This document shows positions 11,208 to 24,080 of a DNA stretch of 64,000 nucleotides, piece after piece. The DNA is taken from NCBI RefSeq assembly GCF_018350175.1, contig NC_058368.1, positions 91,638,001 through 91,702,000 of the forward strand, written 5' to 3'. A model generated the notes under the pieces. The model ran no database searches. It was not told where the DNA came from and saw only the letters and a program-made list of their open reading frames with translations. The DNA comes from Felis catus (lineage: Eukaryota). The translations under genes and the position numbers were made by a program. The first letter of the stretch is position 1. Every line of letters begins with the position of its first letter.

Positions 11208-11530
11208 AACGAGGTCATCCAGGATTTAGGGTGGGCCCTAAGTCCAGTGACCAGTGTCCTTATGCGACAGAAGGGAGAGATTTGAGACACAGAGAAACAT
11301 GCAGAGGAGCTCTCCGGAGGACAGAGGGATACATCTACAAGCCCAGGATTGCCTGCAGCCACCAGGAGCTGGAGGAAAGGGGTGCTCAGGGGAGAATATT
11401 CTCGAAGGAACCGGCCCTGGTGGCACCTTGATTTTGCTCTTCTGGCCTCCAGAACTGTGGGAGAATGTCTGTCATTTTAAGCCACCTAGTTAGTGGAGAC
11501 TTGTTGGGGCAGTCCTAGCAAAGGAAAGCG
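11208..11530 (+). mobile_element. MaLR LTR fragment (MLT1B/C-like)
   Basis: agggtgggccctaa...caccttgatttt...tctggcctccagaactgtg...ttttaagccacctag. Confidence 0.75.
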
Positions 11531-11778
11531 GACAGGAAGGTGAATCATCCCGAGGGCCTTAAGGTTGCTATGAGGGTCAAAATTTCCTACTGTGGGGGCT
11601 GGAAGGGGGGCTGCTACCTGGGGATCCCCCCTCCCCCATGCTGCTCTTTGTCATTCACCTGCCCAGAGAGACACTCCTGCACTCCTTCCACAGAGATCTC
11701 CAGGCTTCAGACACAGGGGACTTACCCAACACTCTTTTCTTATGTTACCCGTGTACTTAAAGTTTAAAAGTGGTTATT

Positions 11779-11851
11779 ATTTTTTTAAGTATTTATTTAT
11801 TTATTTCGAGAGACAAAGACAGCATGAGTGGGGGAGGGGCAGAGAGAGAAG

Positions 11852-11883
<32 letters not shown>

Positions 11884-12006
11884 CCCAAGCAGGCTCCACA
11901 CTGTCAATCCAGAGACTGACGCAAGACTCAAACTCACGAACTGTGAGATCATGACCTGAGCCGAAACCAGGTCAGACGCTTAACCGACTAAGCCACCCGG
12001 TGTCCC
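11779..12006 (-). mobile_element. Can-SINE
   Basis: Full body; TSD aaagtggttatt. Confidence 0.9.
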
Positions 12007-12157
12007 TAAAGTGGTTATTTTTGAGTAGGAAATGACGTATGAGGTGATTAAAAAAAAAAAAAAAAAGTTCAGGTACTACTAAAGATTACACATGAAGAAT
12101 AATTCCCCTCCCCTGTTCTCCTGGTCACCTTTCTAGAGGCTTCCTGACTTTCTAGAG

Positions 12158-12341
12158 CAGTGCTGTCCAGCAGAACTTCCTGTGATGTGGAAATGATCTG
12201 TTATCTAGGCTAAAATGGCAGCCACTACTGGCTACGGAGCCCTTGACAATGTGGCTAGTGCGACAGAGGAAGTAAATTTTAAAATTGTTACTCAGTTTAA
12301 ATGGCCACATGTGACTAGTGGCTATGGTATGGGGCAGCCTG
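12158..12341. mobile_element. hAT-Charlie DNA transposon relic (MER3-like)
   Basis: cagtgctgtccagcagaacttcctgtgatg...atgtggctagtgcgac...ccacatgtgactagtggcta; imperfect terminal inverted repeats. Confidence 0.75.
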
Positions 12342-12606
12342 GGTTTTGAGGTAGTGTTATGTATATTTCAGTGAGTAACTCCTCTCCTGTTTTTCTTTCC
12401 ACAAAGAGTACCATAGGCTGTTGTCCCTGTACTGCTTTCTTTGATTCACAGTTTCTCTTTGAGATGGTGACTCAGTCTGCACATCAGAGGACATGTACTA
12501 CATCATTTTGGTTAAATAATGGCATCCTTATTGTCTGTTGAGCTATCCTGTGAGGTGCCTGGCCAGTCACCACCAAGGATGTTTAGGTGGTTTCCTGTCC
12601 TGTGTC

Positions 12607-12828
12607 TTTTTTTTTTTTTTTTAAGTTTTATTTATTTTGAGAGGGAGCGAGAGAGTGAGCACAAGCTGGGGAGGGGCAGAGACAGAGGGAGAGAGAGGGA
12701 AGCCCAAGCAGGCCCCACACCGTCGGCACAGAGCCCGATGTGGGGCTTGAATTCACGAACCATGAGATCATGACCTGAACTGGAATCAAGAGTCGGATGC
12801 TTCACTGACTGAGCCACCCAGGCACCCC
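12607..12828 (-). mobile_element. Can-SINE
   Basis: Full body; TSD tcctgtcctgtgt. Confidence 0.92.
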
Positions 12829-13274
12829 TCCTGTCCTGTGTTCTTACAGCCCAGCCTGCAGGGAAGCATTGGAGGGGAGGAGAATGGCCCTCTCACTCTG
12901 TTCTCTGCCCTCCTGATGCCTTGTACTGAAGCTAGTCATGAGCCAGTTACTGCTACGGCATCTGGGGGTGTCGGGCTGGAAGGACAGGAGCCCACAGTCT
13001 GTTGGGGAGGGCGCCCTCAGAGTAGCAATTCTAGAATATTGCAAGAAGGGCTCTGGCAGGGCTATTCCCAAGCCTGTCCTGTGGCAGATGAAGGGACAAC
13101 CCGGCCCCCACTTCACTAAGAACAGTCATGACCCTAGGTCATCCTAAGGGCTGGGTCAGAGCCAGTGCCCAACACCTTGGAGCCCGAGAGCCCTGGGTTT
13201 GAATCTTGACTCTGACCCCTGATCATCCTACATGTCCTGGGATGGGCCACTGTGGTGCAAAAGGTCATTGCATT

Positions 13275-13720
13275 AACTGTTTGGGTGAAGCATCAGGATA
13301 CTAATGTTCTAACCATCCTACATTAATGAAGAAAAGGAAACTTATTAGCTCATATAACTGGAAGTGGAAAGGTCAGAGGTCGGGCTGTATTCAGGTGGAT
13401 GTGAATAAATGCTGTGGAATTGTGTAACTTTGAACCATTCAGTGATTGTAGATTTATATACATTTTACCAAAATTTTAAAAGAAGCCCCGGAATTGACCC
13501 TGATTTGCTGGGCTTGGGGCAGATGCCTCTGCCTGAATTAATTGCTGTGCCTGGAGGATGGGATGTCTTGATGGGCTGGCTCTGGGTCATGTGACCATTT
13601 TGGACCTGGGGGAGGCAGTCGTGGGGGCAGGTTGACGCTGCCAGAACCATGTGGTCTGAGAATGGGGAAGGGTACTTACCAGAAGGAATATTAGGGTGCT
13701 GTTCCTGGAAGAAGACAAAA
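13275..13720 (-). mobile_element. Old MaLR LTR (MLT1J/K/L-like), degraded
   Basis: ttattagctcatataactgg...ctgggcttggggcagatgcc...tgatgggctggctctgggtcatgtgacc. Confidence 0.5.
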
Positions 13721-13914
13721 TGGTTTTCACTGGGCGGTCGTAAATAAGAGATTACCACTGCAGGGGCAACTGGCGAGCCCTGTCCAGGTGGCCCTCAGCT
13801 GGGGACTGTAGACAGAGTCTGGATGTGACCAGAGGTTTGCCTCCACTCCAGGCACACAAGGGCAGTCCTTTCCCTCTGTTGAACTTGTCCAATAGTCAGC
13901 CAGGCCCGGTGATA

Positions 13915-14140
13915 AAGTGCTCAGACTCAGGACCCAGACTCCCTGGTTCAAGTTCTGTCACTTACTAGCTCGATGACCTTGGACGAGTAATTATCCAAGC
14001 AGTGCCTCAGTTTTTCACCTGTGAAATGAAAGTTTCCAACGGTACCTATGTCCTGGGATTATTGCAAGGATTGAATGAGTTAATGCATGTGAGTTGTTTA
14101 GAATAGGGTCTGGCGCTCGCTTCCTGAGAGTGAGTTACTT
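13915..14140 (+). mobile_element. MIR
   Basis: ctggttcaagttctgtcacttactagct...gtgcctcagtttttcacctgtgaaatg...ggattgaatgagttaatgcatgt. Confidence 0.8.
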
Positions 14141-14865
14141 GTGGTTACCATGAACTCAGATCCATTGTCCCCAGGCCTGTCCAGACCCACTGTGCAGCCT
14201 GTTGCCTTCTTGAGTTTTGCTGATGTCAGGCAGGGCTGCCAGAGAGATGGGGAGAGGAGATTTGAAGCTGGAGGTTGGCTGGGAATATTCTGGAGGGAAA
14301 GAACAAAGGCTTGGCAGACTGTATTGGCATGTTCTTCTGGGACGTGGGTGAAAAATGCTGGCGACAGAGCACAGGAGTGAGAGAACCGGAAAGAAAAAGG
14401 AAGTGTGTAGCCCATGAGCTCTTGTCAACTGCTAACGGCAACCAGAGGGACCAGTGCAAAGCCTGGGGCTCTGCCCCTGCGTACACTTCGCACTGGTTTC
14501 TAACCCGGCTCCACCTGCCCTGGAAATTTGTTAGGAACTTTGCAGAAAAGTGGGAGTACCTTTCATTTCTTCTTTGTGCCCCACGTTATCCTTGTATCAT
14601 ATACCAGAGATGTCGCGTGTGGTTTCCAAACGATGCGCACTGATAAGATGAATCAGAGCGAGACGCTCACTGCTCTGTGACTGTGTCTGGAAGTTTGAGC
14701 AGGAGAGTGAAACCCTCATGGGAGAGCATGATGTAAGTTATACGTTTCACTGTTAGTTTATGGCAAATGTTACAGAGCAGAACAGAAGTGCTAAAAGTTC
14801 CTTGTGTTTGGCCTGCTTGTTTGTTGGTGTAGGAAAGAGCTTAGTGGAGGAAGTGCACCCTTTCC

Positions 14866-15061
14866 TTTTTTTTTTTTCAGTGTCTATTTATTTATTTTGA
14901 GAGAGAGCGAGCAAGAGAGAGGGAGGGAGAGAATCCCAAGCAGGCTCCATGCTGCCAGCGCAGAGCCCGATGCGGGGCTTGATCCCACAAACCGTGAGAT
15001 CATGACCTGAGCCGAGATCAAGAGTCAGATGCTCAACTGACTGAACCACCCAGGCGCCCCC
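14866..15061 (-). mobile_element. Can-SINE
   Basis: Reverse head, body, T tail. Confidence 0.9.
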
Positions 15062-15521
15062 AGGTATATACCCTTTCTTGGTACTCTGAAGCAAGAAATG
15101 GTGATTCCCCTTTGGATTATTTATTCAGAGAATTTTTTAAATAATGACTTTCTTTTTTTTTTGACCTGTGAAATCCTACTTGACTGGAATTTATGGTATA
15201 AAAAGGTCACTTGATGTCAGTTATCCTACTGTGTAAGACTGCACAGAGTTGAAGGAGATAATTTGGGTGTCTGATCTTGTTTGCTTATTTGTTGGCTGGA
15301 ATACTTTGGAGTGTGGTCTCTGGTCCCCAGTTCATTATGCCTTGATATTTGTTCCTTCTTTCATTCATTTCTCCTTATCCCTCTTTTGTGCTCTTCCTGT
15401 GGGCGATATTGACAGAGACTGTGCCAGGAATTGCAGAGCCTATCACTGGAGGTCATGGGACAGATACAGGAACCTTACTCTATTAAGAATGGGAAGAGCC
15501 TGAACAGAAAAGTCTCACATA

Positions 15522-15735
15522 GGGTGCCTCAGTCGGTTGAGTGTCCGACTCTTGGTTTCGGCTCAGGTCGTGATCTCATGGTTTGTGGGATCGAGCCCCA
15601 TGTCGGGCTCTGCAGTGACAGTGAGGAGCCTGCTTGGGATTCTCTCTCTCTCCCTCTCTCTCTGCCCCTCCCCTGCTCACTCTCTCTCTTTTGCTCTCTT
15701 AAAATAAATAAACTTCTAAAAACATTTAACAAAAA
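15522..15735 (+). mobile_element. Can-SINE
   Basis: Head, CT tract, tail; TSD-like agaaaagtct(c/t)aca. Confidence 0.9.
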
Positions 15736-16670
15736 AGAAAAGTCTTACAGACATAAAAAGAAGGGAGATATCGCCTCAGATCAGGAGGACCTGGGCAGTG
15801 GGAAGATGATAGCCGGGCAGGATTTTGAAGACTGCTTGGCATCTCAGCCAGCTGGGACAGGGGGCACATTTCCTGATCCCATCATTCTGAGCAGAGGCGA
15901 CTCCAGGGGAGCCCCTGGAATAGCGGGGAACTGTGTTTGGTTGGAAGGTGGCAGTGGGCAGTAAGGGCAGGTCTCGGGGATGGACGGTTGTGGGTGTTAT
16001 TCCACAGATGACACAGTTGAAGGAATCTGCGTTAGAGTTCAGTGTTAAGAGGAGTCAAAACAGCACGGAGTAAGGGCCGGAGGCAGATTCGGTTCTAGCA
16101 GAGAAGCCCCCAGAGAGGGTGCTCAGGGTAGGTGGGTGCTCAGGGTAGGTGGGTGGGGATGGTCTTTGTCTTGTTCCCTGCTGTGTCCACTGAGCCTGGA
16201 ATGGTGCTGGGCACGTGGAGGAGGGATGGTGAGTGACGGCTGGGTGACTTCTGTGGAGGAGAGGTCATGAGAACTTGAATGGGGGCTGTGAGAATTGATG
16301 GCGGGCAACAGCTGCAGGAGGCACGGGCCACGCGGTGGACAGAGCTCACAAACAGGATGGATGGCACTGGTGGGGACAGAGGTGCCTGAAGCTGCAAGCC
16401 TGGGGGAGTCTGATGCCCTGAGCAGAAATGGGAAATCCCCCACAAGGGACTCGGAAGGGAAGATGGTAGGCATGGTTTTAGATAGTGAGTGGCTTCATGA
16501 ACCAATTAGTAGACCCACTGATGACTGAGGGATGATAATTAGGGGTCTTCTCTTAAGGCATCATTTAGCCACTCTGAGTCTATTAATTACAAAATGTACC
16601 ATGTCCTGTAAATAAAGGCTTTGGGGTTTAACTGTGTGCTGACCATTGGAATTTGGAAATTTTCTTGTGA

Positions 16671-16684
16671 CCACCAGAGGGAGC
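16671..16684 (+). promoter_or_regulatory. Candidate CTCF site
   Basis: CCACCAGAGGGAGC, one mismatch to CCASYAGRKGGCRS. Confidence 0.4.
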
Positions 16685-17413
16685 CCACTATATTCATTAA
16701 ATTCTATAGAAATTTAACACGCATTGAAAAGCAATGGATAATTAATATTAAAAAAAAAAAAACTGACTACAAAGCACACAGAAGTTCAAACCAGGGGCAG
16801 CGAGACACAGAGCTAAGCACCCACTCTGGTGTTTTTTTTCCTACTAAAATGGAAGATGCCTTGGAATTTTCCAGAAGATTCCAGAATCAGGTGGTTTGCT
16901 GGAGGCTCTGATGGATTATTCCAAGGGTAAAATAGCCATGGGCGAACACATTCCTGGAACAGTTGCCCGCCCCACCCACCCAACGTGTATCGAGCACCAT
17001 CTGGTTTAGTCGTAGCTGAGAATCCTGAGGCTGTAGGACTAAAACTGTTTTGACCTCAGCTTGGCCAACTCTGTGCCAACTATTGGGTGACAGGTGCAAC
17101 TCGTCACTTACGTGAGGTGTCATGTAACATTGTATGGTAGGAATATTAAATGTCCCACGTATCAGGAGCTACTCATATGTTGGCACTGCCTTCTCCCAGG
17201 CTAAGTTCAATGTCATCATCATCATCTCCAGCTTCTTACTTTATTTCTTGTGCTAAAGTATGCTCCAGATGAACTGAAGACTTAAATATGAAAAATGAAA
17301 CCGTGGAGGGCAACACAAAAATACAATAGGTCACTTAAAATTATGAGGTGGAAGTTGAGTTTATAAGCATGGTACTGAAGTCGGAAATCATAAAGCAGTC
17401 GGAATCCACCAAA

Positions 17414-17620
17414 TGGAAGATTTTGTCCCCAGGGAACATTTGGCAATGTTCGGAGATGTTTTTCGTTTGTCTCAACGTGGGGTGTGGCGGGGATGCTACT
17501 GGCATCTAGTGGGTAGAGGCCAGCGATGCTGCTAAACATCCTACAAGGCACAGGACAGCCTCCGACACAAAAAATGATCCCACCCCCAAATGTTGGTGGT
17601 GTCTAGGCTGAAAAACCTTG
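17414..17620 (+). mobile_element. MER20-like hAT DNA transposon
   Basis: gattttgtccccagggaacatttggcaatg...tgctactggcatctagtgggtagaggccag...gatgctgctaaacatcctaca...cacaggacagcc. Confidence 0.85.
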
Positions 17621-17717
17621 CCATTATTTATAATGTTTTCTGAAAAGTTTTAAGCTTAGAGCTTATATTTTCTGTATGGAAAATCTCACCCTGACAGAGT
17701 TTAAAGATAAAATACTG

Positions 17718-17940
17718 AGAGGCGCCTGAGTGGCTCAGTTGGTTAAGTGTCTGACTTTGACTCAGGTTATGATCTCACAGTTCATGGGTTCAAGCCCTGC
17801 GTCAGGCTCTGTGCTGACTCTCAGAGCCTGGAGCCTGCTTTGGATTCTGTGTCTCCTTCTCCCTCTGCCCCTCCCCTGCTCATTCTCTGTCTCTCTGTCT
17901 CTCAAAAATAAATAAACGTTTAAAAAAAAGTTTAAAAAAA
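17718..17940 (+). mobile_element. Can-SINE
   Basis: Head, CT tract, tail. Confidence 0.9.
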
Positions 17941-18234
17941 TACCTGAAAACAATTCAACATATATAATAAATGTACAGTTGATAGTCATGAAGTATAAAG
18001 TTCTTACAAAAGAATAAGGAAAAGTCAAATATTGTAGTGGAAAGATGGGTAAAGAATAAGAACAGGGAGTTCCCAATGAAAAATACAAATGGTGACACTT
18101 TCCTTCAGTGGATACTTATTCATCTGTTGTGAATAATTGCAGAAATTCCTAGTAAAAGGAAATACTGTTTTCAGTGATCACAGTGATAGTGTTTAAATTG
18201 TTTCAGTCTTTCTAGAGGGCAGTTGTTGCAGACA

Positions 18235-18485
18235 AAGTCCAAGGGCAGTCTGCTGGAGAAATCTTTCTTGTTTGGGAATTCTGTCTTCTTGTGCTATTCA
18301 GGCCTTCAACCGATTGGGTGAGGCCCACCCACATTATGGAGGGCAATCTGCTTTACTCCAAGTGCACCTATTGGGATGTTAATCTCATCCCAAAAAATCC
18401 TCATAGAAACATCCAAAGTAAATGTTTGACCATGTATCTGGGCACCATGGTCCATCCAAGTTGACCCATGAAATTAACCATCACA
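18235..18485 (-). mobile_element. ERVL LTR fragment (MLT2-like)
   Basis: Reverse complement begins TGTGATGGTTAATTTCATGGGTCAACTTG; contains gaggcccacccacattatggagggcaatctgctttactc. Confidence 0.85.
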
Positions 18486-18987
18486 CCTGTGTCATGGCAT
18501 TTCTCCATCTGATTCCTGCCCTGTTCTCTGGACCCATCTCTCAAATCACATCACCTTCCTATGCCCTATGGAATGACTTAGTTTCTCAATTGGAACCTGT
18601 GTCAGTCCCCTGCCTGAAGCATCTCTCTCCTCCTGGCATTTTTCCTTGAAGGATCCATATTCTTTCTTCACGATCCACTGGCTGCATGGCTGGCTGGTAA
18701 CAGGCCCTCCGTGAGTGTTGGATAGGGTGGCGGGAACAGAGGACAAACTCAGCCTTTAGTAAGGGAACACATGGAATTCAGCTCTTTCTATTAATATCTT
18801 TGGGTGATTTGTGGAATAACAGGTCTGTTAGAGGGCAGTTATAGGGAAAGGGTAATAAAATCTAGACAGGAAGCTTCCATAGCTGACATTGTCCTTCTTG
18901 AATTACACGCTGTCCTCAAACAGGGCAGCCTGCAGGGGCAGTTTCTTGACCTGTGTGGGAAAACTCCTTGGAGGGATGTTGGCCTCC

Positions 18988-19088
18988 TTTTATTTTTTTA
19001 AAGTTTATTTATTTATTTTTGAGAGTGGGGGGGGGATGGGGCAGAGAGGAAGGGAGGGAGGGAGGGAGAGAGAGAGACTGGGGGGGGT

Positions 19089-19146
<58 letters not shown>

Positions 19147-19250
19147 CCCAAGCCCCTACTGCGGCGCTCGAACTCAGGAACGGTGAGATCATGTCCTGAG
19201 CCAAAACCAAGCATCCGATGCTTAACCAACTTGAGCCACCCAGGCGCCCC
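18988..19250 (-). mobile_element. Can-SINE with long pure (GA)n microsatellite (about 19091-19144)
   Basis: Reverse head, expanded GA tract. Confidence 0.9.
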
Positions 19251-20682
19251 TCCTTTTTGTTTTTAAACTTGATACTCTCTTTACATTCTTTCCAGTGTTT
19301 TCTCCACTTGGCCTTTTCTCCTTCCTCACTTAGGCTTAACGCTGGCCAGGACTTGGCTAGGCTGAGCTCTGAGCTGGCTCCGGGGTCCGATGTTTGGAAG
19401 CAATTGCATTTGGTTTGGCGCTGGCCAGGGTCCCTTCCCTGTGAATCAGATCCGCTCCTGCTGGCTTGCCTTGGGGCACTTGCCGCTCTGTGTCGGAAAT
19501 CTGTTCCCTACAAGGAAACACTTCAGAAATCCCCTTCCTGAAAAGCCTTCCCATCCTTTGCAGCTAACGTTTCCTGTACATTCTCTTCTAGTAACCCACC
19601 TCCCCCTATCCTGTTGCCTAAATTGAGCAGGGTTTGGGAGTTGTATAGACCTGGGTACCTCCAGACACCTCCCGAGATTGGAAAGCCTCACCTCTTTGCA
19701 GGATCGTCCCCCTCATCTCTTGCCTGCCCTTGGACCCCCTAGCTTCTCTCCCCTCTTCTCCTCCTGTGGCCTCATGCAGGCTCCATGTGCCACCCCAGAG
19801 CTGGGATCCCTGCAGGCTTGCCGAGATGGTGCTGCAGGCTCCCTGCGTGCCCTCACCCTTGGCACAGGTGGCCTCAGCTTGCCTTCCGTCCTTCCGGGGC
19901 TGATCAAAGTCAGGGGTGTGGACAGAAATAGCTGCCCTTGCTAAACTGTACAAAAAGGATCAGCAAAAACACACAGAAACGTCTCCTTTCCCCCTTCATA
20001 TGTTAGTTTGTCTCGCTCTGTCCCACGGTGCTGCCTGCGTCCTCCCGCTTCATCGTCCATAAGTGTTTAGTAGCGGCATGTCACGGGAGCTGGGCCCTGG
20101 GATGTGCCCCCAGACCTGGGAAAGAGGGCAAGTAGCTGGCGTGTTGTTCCAGGGAGCTGAGAGGAAGGAGGACATCTCGGTGGATGGTGAACGAGCTTGC
20201 ATTCTTTGTTCCTAGTAGCAGAATCAAGTTGGCGGAGTTAGAGAGCAAGGGAAAGTGTTGGAAGGAAAACCGGAGCTCACAAAAGTGATGCACCTGCTGG
20301 GGAGGAGGCTTATGGAGGACAGGATGCAGGAAAGTTCTGGGAATCAGGGCAGCAGGTCCCCAGGGCATGGAGGCTTCTCAGATACCGCCCAGCCACCTTT
20401 TTTTTTTTTTTTTTATGTGTGTCACTGTGCTTGAGGTTCAGGGTCTCAGGAGAAGAAGCCCCACTGGGCAGGCCTGGACTCTGTGTGTGTCCCTCCACCT
20501 GGGGTTTCCAGGCAGGGCGGAGAGGCAGAGAAGCATCTCTCCTGTGGGTGCCAGGATACCTTTTGGCGTCCAGGAAAGGAGTCTGGATTTGGATGCGGGT
20601 GGATCCAGTCACGAGTGGCAGCTGTGGCCACCACCCATGGGCTCTGTGAGTTATTTGATTCTTTAAACTGTCTTTCTCCTCA

Positions 20683-20880
20683 GGGCCCCTGGATGGCTCC
20701 ATCAGTTAGGCGCCCGACTCTTGATTTCAGATCGGGTCACGATCTCATGGCTCATGAGTTCGAGCCTCATGTGGGACTCTGTGCTGACACCTTGGAGCGT
20801 GCTTGGGATTCTCTCTCTCTGTGTCCATCCTCTGCTTGCTTTCTCTCCTCTCTCTCTCAAAATAAACAAACTTAAAAAAA
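20683..20880 (+). mobile_element. Can-SINE
   Basis: Head, CT tract, tail; followed by a MIR remnant (20885-21010). Confidence 0.88.
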
Positions 20881-21737
20881 CTAAACTGTCCATCTCCTTG
20901 TGTGTAAAATGGGATAACCTTATTTTCTTCATGGGTTTGTGTTGAGGATACACTGAGATGAACACATGTGGAAGTGCTTGGCATACATTAGGCATCTAAT
21001 AATGTCTGTTCACTTATCCCTAAGGAAGTGGATCTGTGGTCCCCTCATGAGGTGGGAGAGAGCCTGACACAGATCATTATTGTGGGTGGGATGTTACTAG
21101 GACAGCATAGACAGCATGACCGTGGGGGACACTTTCCTTTTGTTGTCTCCCCCACAGAACAGACTGTCGTTTCTGCTTAGACTTTTGGTTCATTTGGTGC
21201 CAGAATCCCCGAGTGAAGCTTCTGCTCCAGGATGCAGAAAGAGCAACTCCTGGCTCCTTGGGGAGCCCTTCAACTTGATGATCAGCAGGCAGCAGTTATA
21301 AAGCTCTTTACTTTTGGGTGGCCCTGGAGTTTCCCCCATGATGCAGCAAAGCCTCCCTTCTTCCCTGACTCCACTGTTCTTTTTTATTTTTGCAGTCCTG
21401 TGTTTAGAATTGGGACTGAATGCCGGCCACGCTGCCTTGCCCATGAGGTCATGATTTTCATGACACTTGGCTTGAAGTAGCCTGTTGCCTGGTCTGTTTC
21501 CTTAGAAGTAGTCCCGTGAGGGCCACTCACAGGCTAGCACAGAAAGAAGTTCAAAGCGCTGTGGGCTGAGGTTCCGTGGTGGTGGTGGTGGTGGGGGGCT
21601 CACGAGGAAGGAAAGTCTTGCAAACAAAGGCCAGTGCATGGCCAGTGTGGAGGAGGGGCCAGACCTGGGTCCCCCGTTAGAAGCACACACGCCTGCCTCC
21701 CTGTGGTGCTTTCTACCAAATGTACCTTTAAAAATGT

Positions 21738-21912
21738 GGGGTGCCTGGGTTGAGTGCCTGATTTCAGCTCAGGTCATGATCTCACGGTTCGTGAGTTCGA
21801 GCCCCATGTGAGGCCTGCTGCTGTCAGCACAGAGCCCGCTTCAGATCCTCTGTCCCCCTCTCTCTCTGCACCTGCTCCACTTGTACTCTCTCTCTCTCTC
21901 AAAAAAAAAAAA
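21738..21912 (+). mobile_element. Can-SINE
   Basis: Head, body, poly-A; TSD-like aaaaatgt. Confidence 0.88.
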
Positions 21913-22877
21913 ATGTATAGACAAGACCACATGTGCCCCCGGGTGAGTGGGAGCAGCAGGTGACTTGGAGGCAGGGGGGGAATGCACCAGAGCTGTCCCA
22001 CCCACAGGAGGATTGGATAGTGACTTTCCCCCTGAGCATCACTTCCCATCCACAGCACTGCCTGTCACCTAGGTGGGGATGAAGGGGGACTGTATTGGCC
22101 CAAGTGCTTGCTGAAAGGTCAGCTCTGTACAGGAGCGGCACACTTATTGGCTGTGACTGTGGATCTCAAAGTGCCCCGGAGGGGGTCTGGCCACTGGTCT
22201 TACCATTTTCTCTGTGTATATGTGTACGTATGGGGGGATGGGAGGCACAGACAGGACAGAGGGCTGCCCCTGAGGAAGGCTAGGAGCAGCTGCCCAGGAG
22301 TGCCTCCCCCCCCCCCGCCATATTGCATCCCCAGTGGGACTTGAGCTTCACTGCCAGGAGGACAAGGTAGTACCTTCCATCCACCCTCCCATGCCTGTTT
22401 GCTCTCTGAAATGTACATCCTCTCCTCTTGCCTGCTCCCCTCTTGGGATCCAGGACCTCCATCAGGAGGGGTCTGTGAGGGTCACGTTGTGGTTCCTGGG
22501 CACTGGCCCCTTCACTGTTTGCAGGGGTGGGGGGGTGTAGAAAATCGGGGAAGGTGTATGTGTGGAGGGGTAGATTGCATGTGGGGGATTCGGGGGCATA
22601 AACTCAGGAGGGAGAGTTTACAGGTGGGTGAATGCAAGGGGTTTGCTTTGGTGGAAGAGGTAGAGGTGAAAGAGGCATGAGAGATGGAGTGAGTCGTGAA
22701 CTCAGGTGTGTCTGCCCTGTCCCCATACTGACTCAGTTGGTCTCCAGGCCACCTCTTGATGATGGAGAGCCTCATTTTCTACCTAGAGCAGACCATTTGC
22801 TTCATCCTGAAGGTCTCTGCCTCCCCACATGCTCCCCCCTTTCCTGTCTTCTTACCCTCCTTTTATTTTTTCATTAA

Positions 22878-23087
22878 AAATTTTTTTTAAGTTTATTTTG
22901 AGAGAGAGAGAGAGAGAGAAAGAGAGCGAGCGAGCACATGAGCAGGGGAGGGGCAGAGAGAGAGAGGGGGAGAGAATATTCCAAGCAGGTTCCTACCAAC
23001 AGGCTCAATCCCACAAACCACGAGGTCATGACCTGAGCAGAAATCAAGAGTCGGGATGCTTAGCCGACTGAGCCACCCAGTGCCCCC
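22878..23087 (-). mobile_element. Can-SINE followed by (TTTTA)n (23088-23135)
   Basis: Reverse head, GA tract. Confidence 0.88.
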
Positions 23088-23760
23088 CTTTTATTTTATT
23101 TTATTTTATTTTATTTTATTATTTTATTTTATTTTTGTTTTTCTTTGTTTTTTCTCCCTCCTTTTATTTTTTAAAAATTATTATTATAAAAGCAAACTAT
23201 GCTTCTTAAAATTACCCCACTGCCTCCCTCCTCAAAAACAACATAGTGCTGAAGTTCAAAGAAAAGTCTCCCTTTTTTCCTCACCTTACCACCCTCTCCA
23301 ATACCATTCCCTGGATGTAAATATTTTACAGATATACACATTTAAATTCTTGCAGAAATAAAATAATACGTGGTATTATGAACTTTTCTTTTTTTTTTTT
23401 GTCTTCACAATTTAAAGGTACAAATCTCAGTTCATACAACCCACATGGACTTCTGGGGCCCACGGCCAAGCTTACGTGGAGACCTGTTCAAATAAACAAT
23501 AAACCGTGACTCCAGGCAGGGAGCTGGGGCAGCCTCCCTGCTTTCCCTCTGCCCTCCTGGACCTCTTCCAACATTTCCTTCCACACCAGTGGTTTTCCAC
23601 TCTTTCCAGTGTAAAAGTCTCCCAGCTTGTGTCCTACTCCTTCTGATTCTGGGGGCAAGCTTCCACAGAAGATGGAAGAAGGGCAGTGAATATGCATGTA
23701 CTTGATACTCTGTGTCTCTGCAACCATTAGTAGCTTTGGTCACTATAATATCAACGTATC

Positions 23761-24080
23761 GGAGAGTGCCCAGCTGGCTCAGTTGGAAGAGCATGTGACT
23801 CTTGATCTCGGGGTTGTGAGTTTGAGCCCCACATTGGGTGTAGAGATTACTTAAAAATAAAATCTTAAGGTGCACCTGGGTGGCTCAGTTGGTTAAGCAT
23901 CTGACTTCAGGTCAGGTCATGATCTCATGGTTTGTGAGTTCGAGCCCCACATCGGGCTTGCTCTGTGAGCACAGAGCTCGCTTCAGATCCTCTGTCTCCC
24001 TCTCTCTCTCTGTCCCTCCCCCATTTGTTCTCTCTCTCTCCCTCTCTCAAAATAAATAAACTTAAAAAAAAATCTTAAAA
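23761..24080 (+). mobile_element. Two tandem Can-SINEs (short form 23761-23866; full 23869-24080)
   Basis: Two heads and two tails. Confidence 0.9.
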
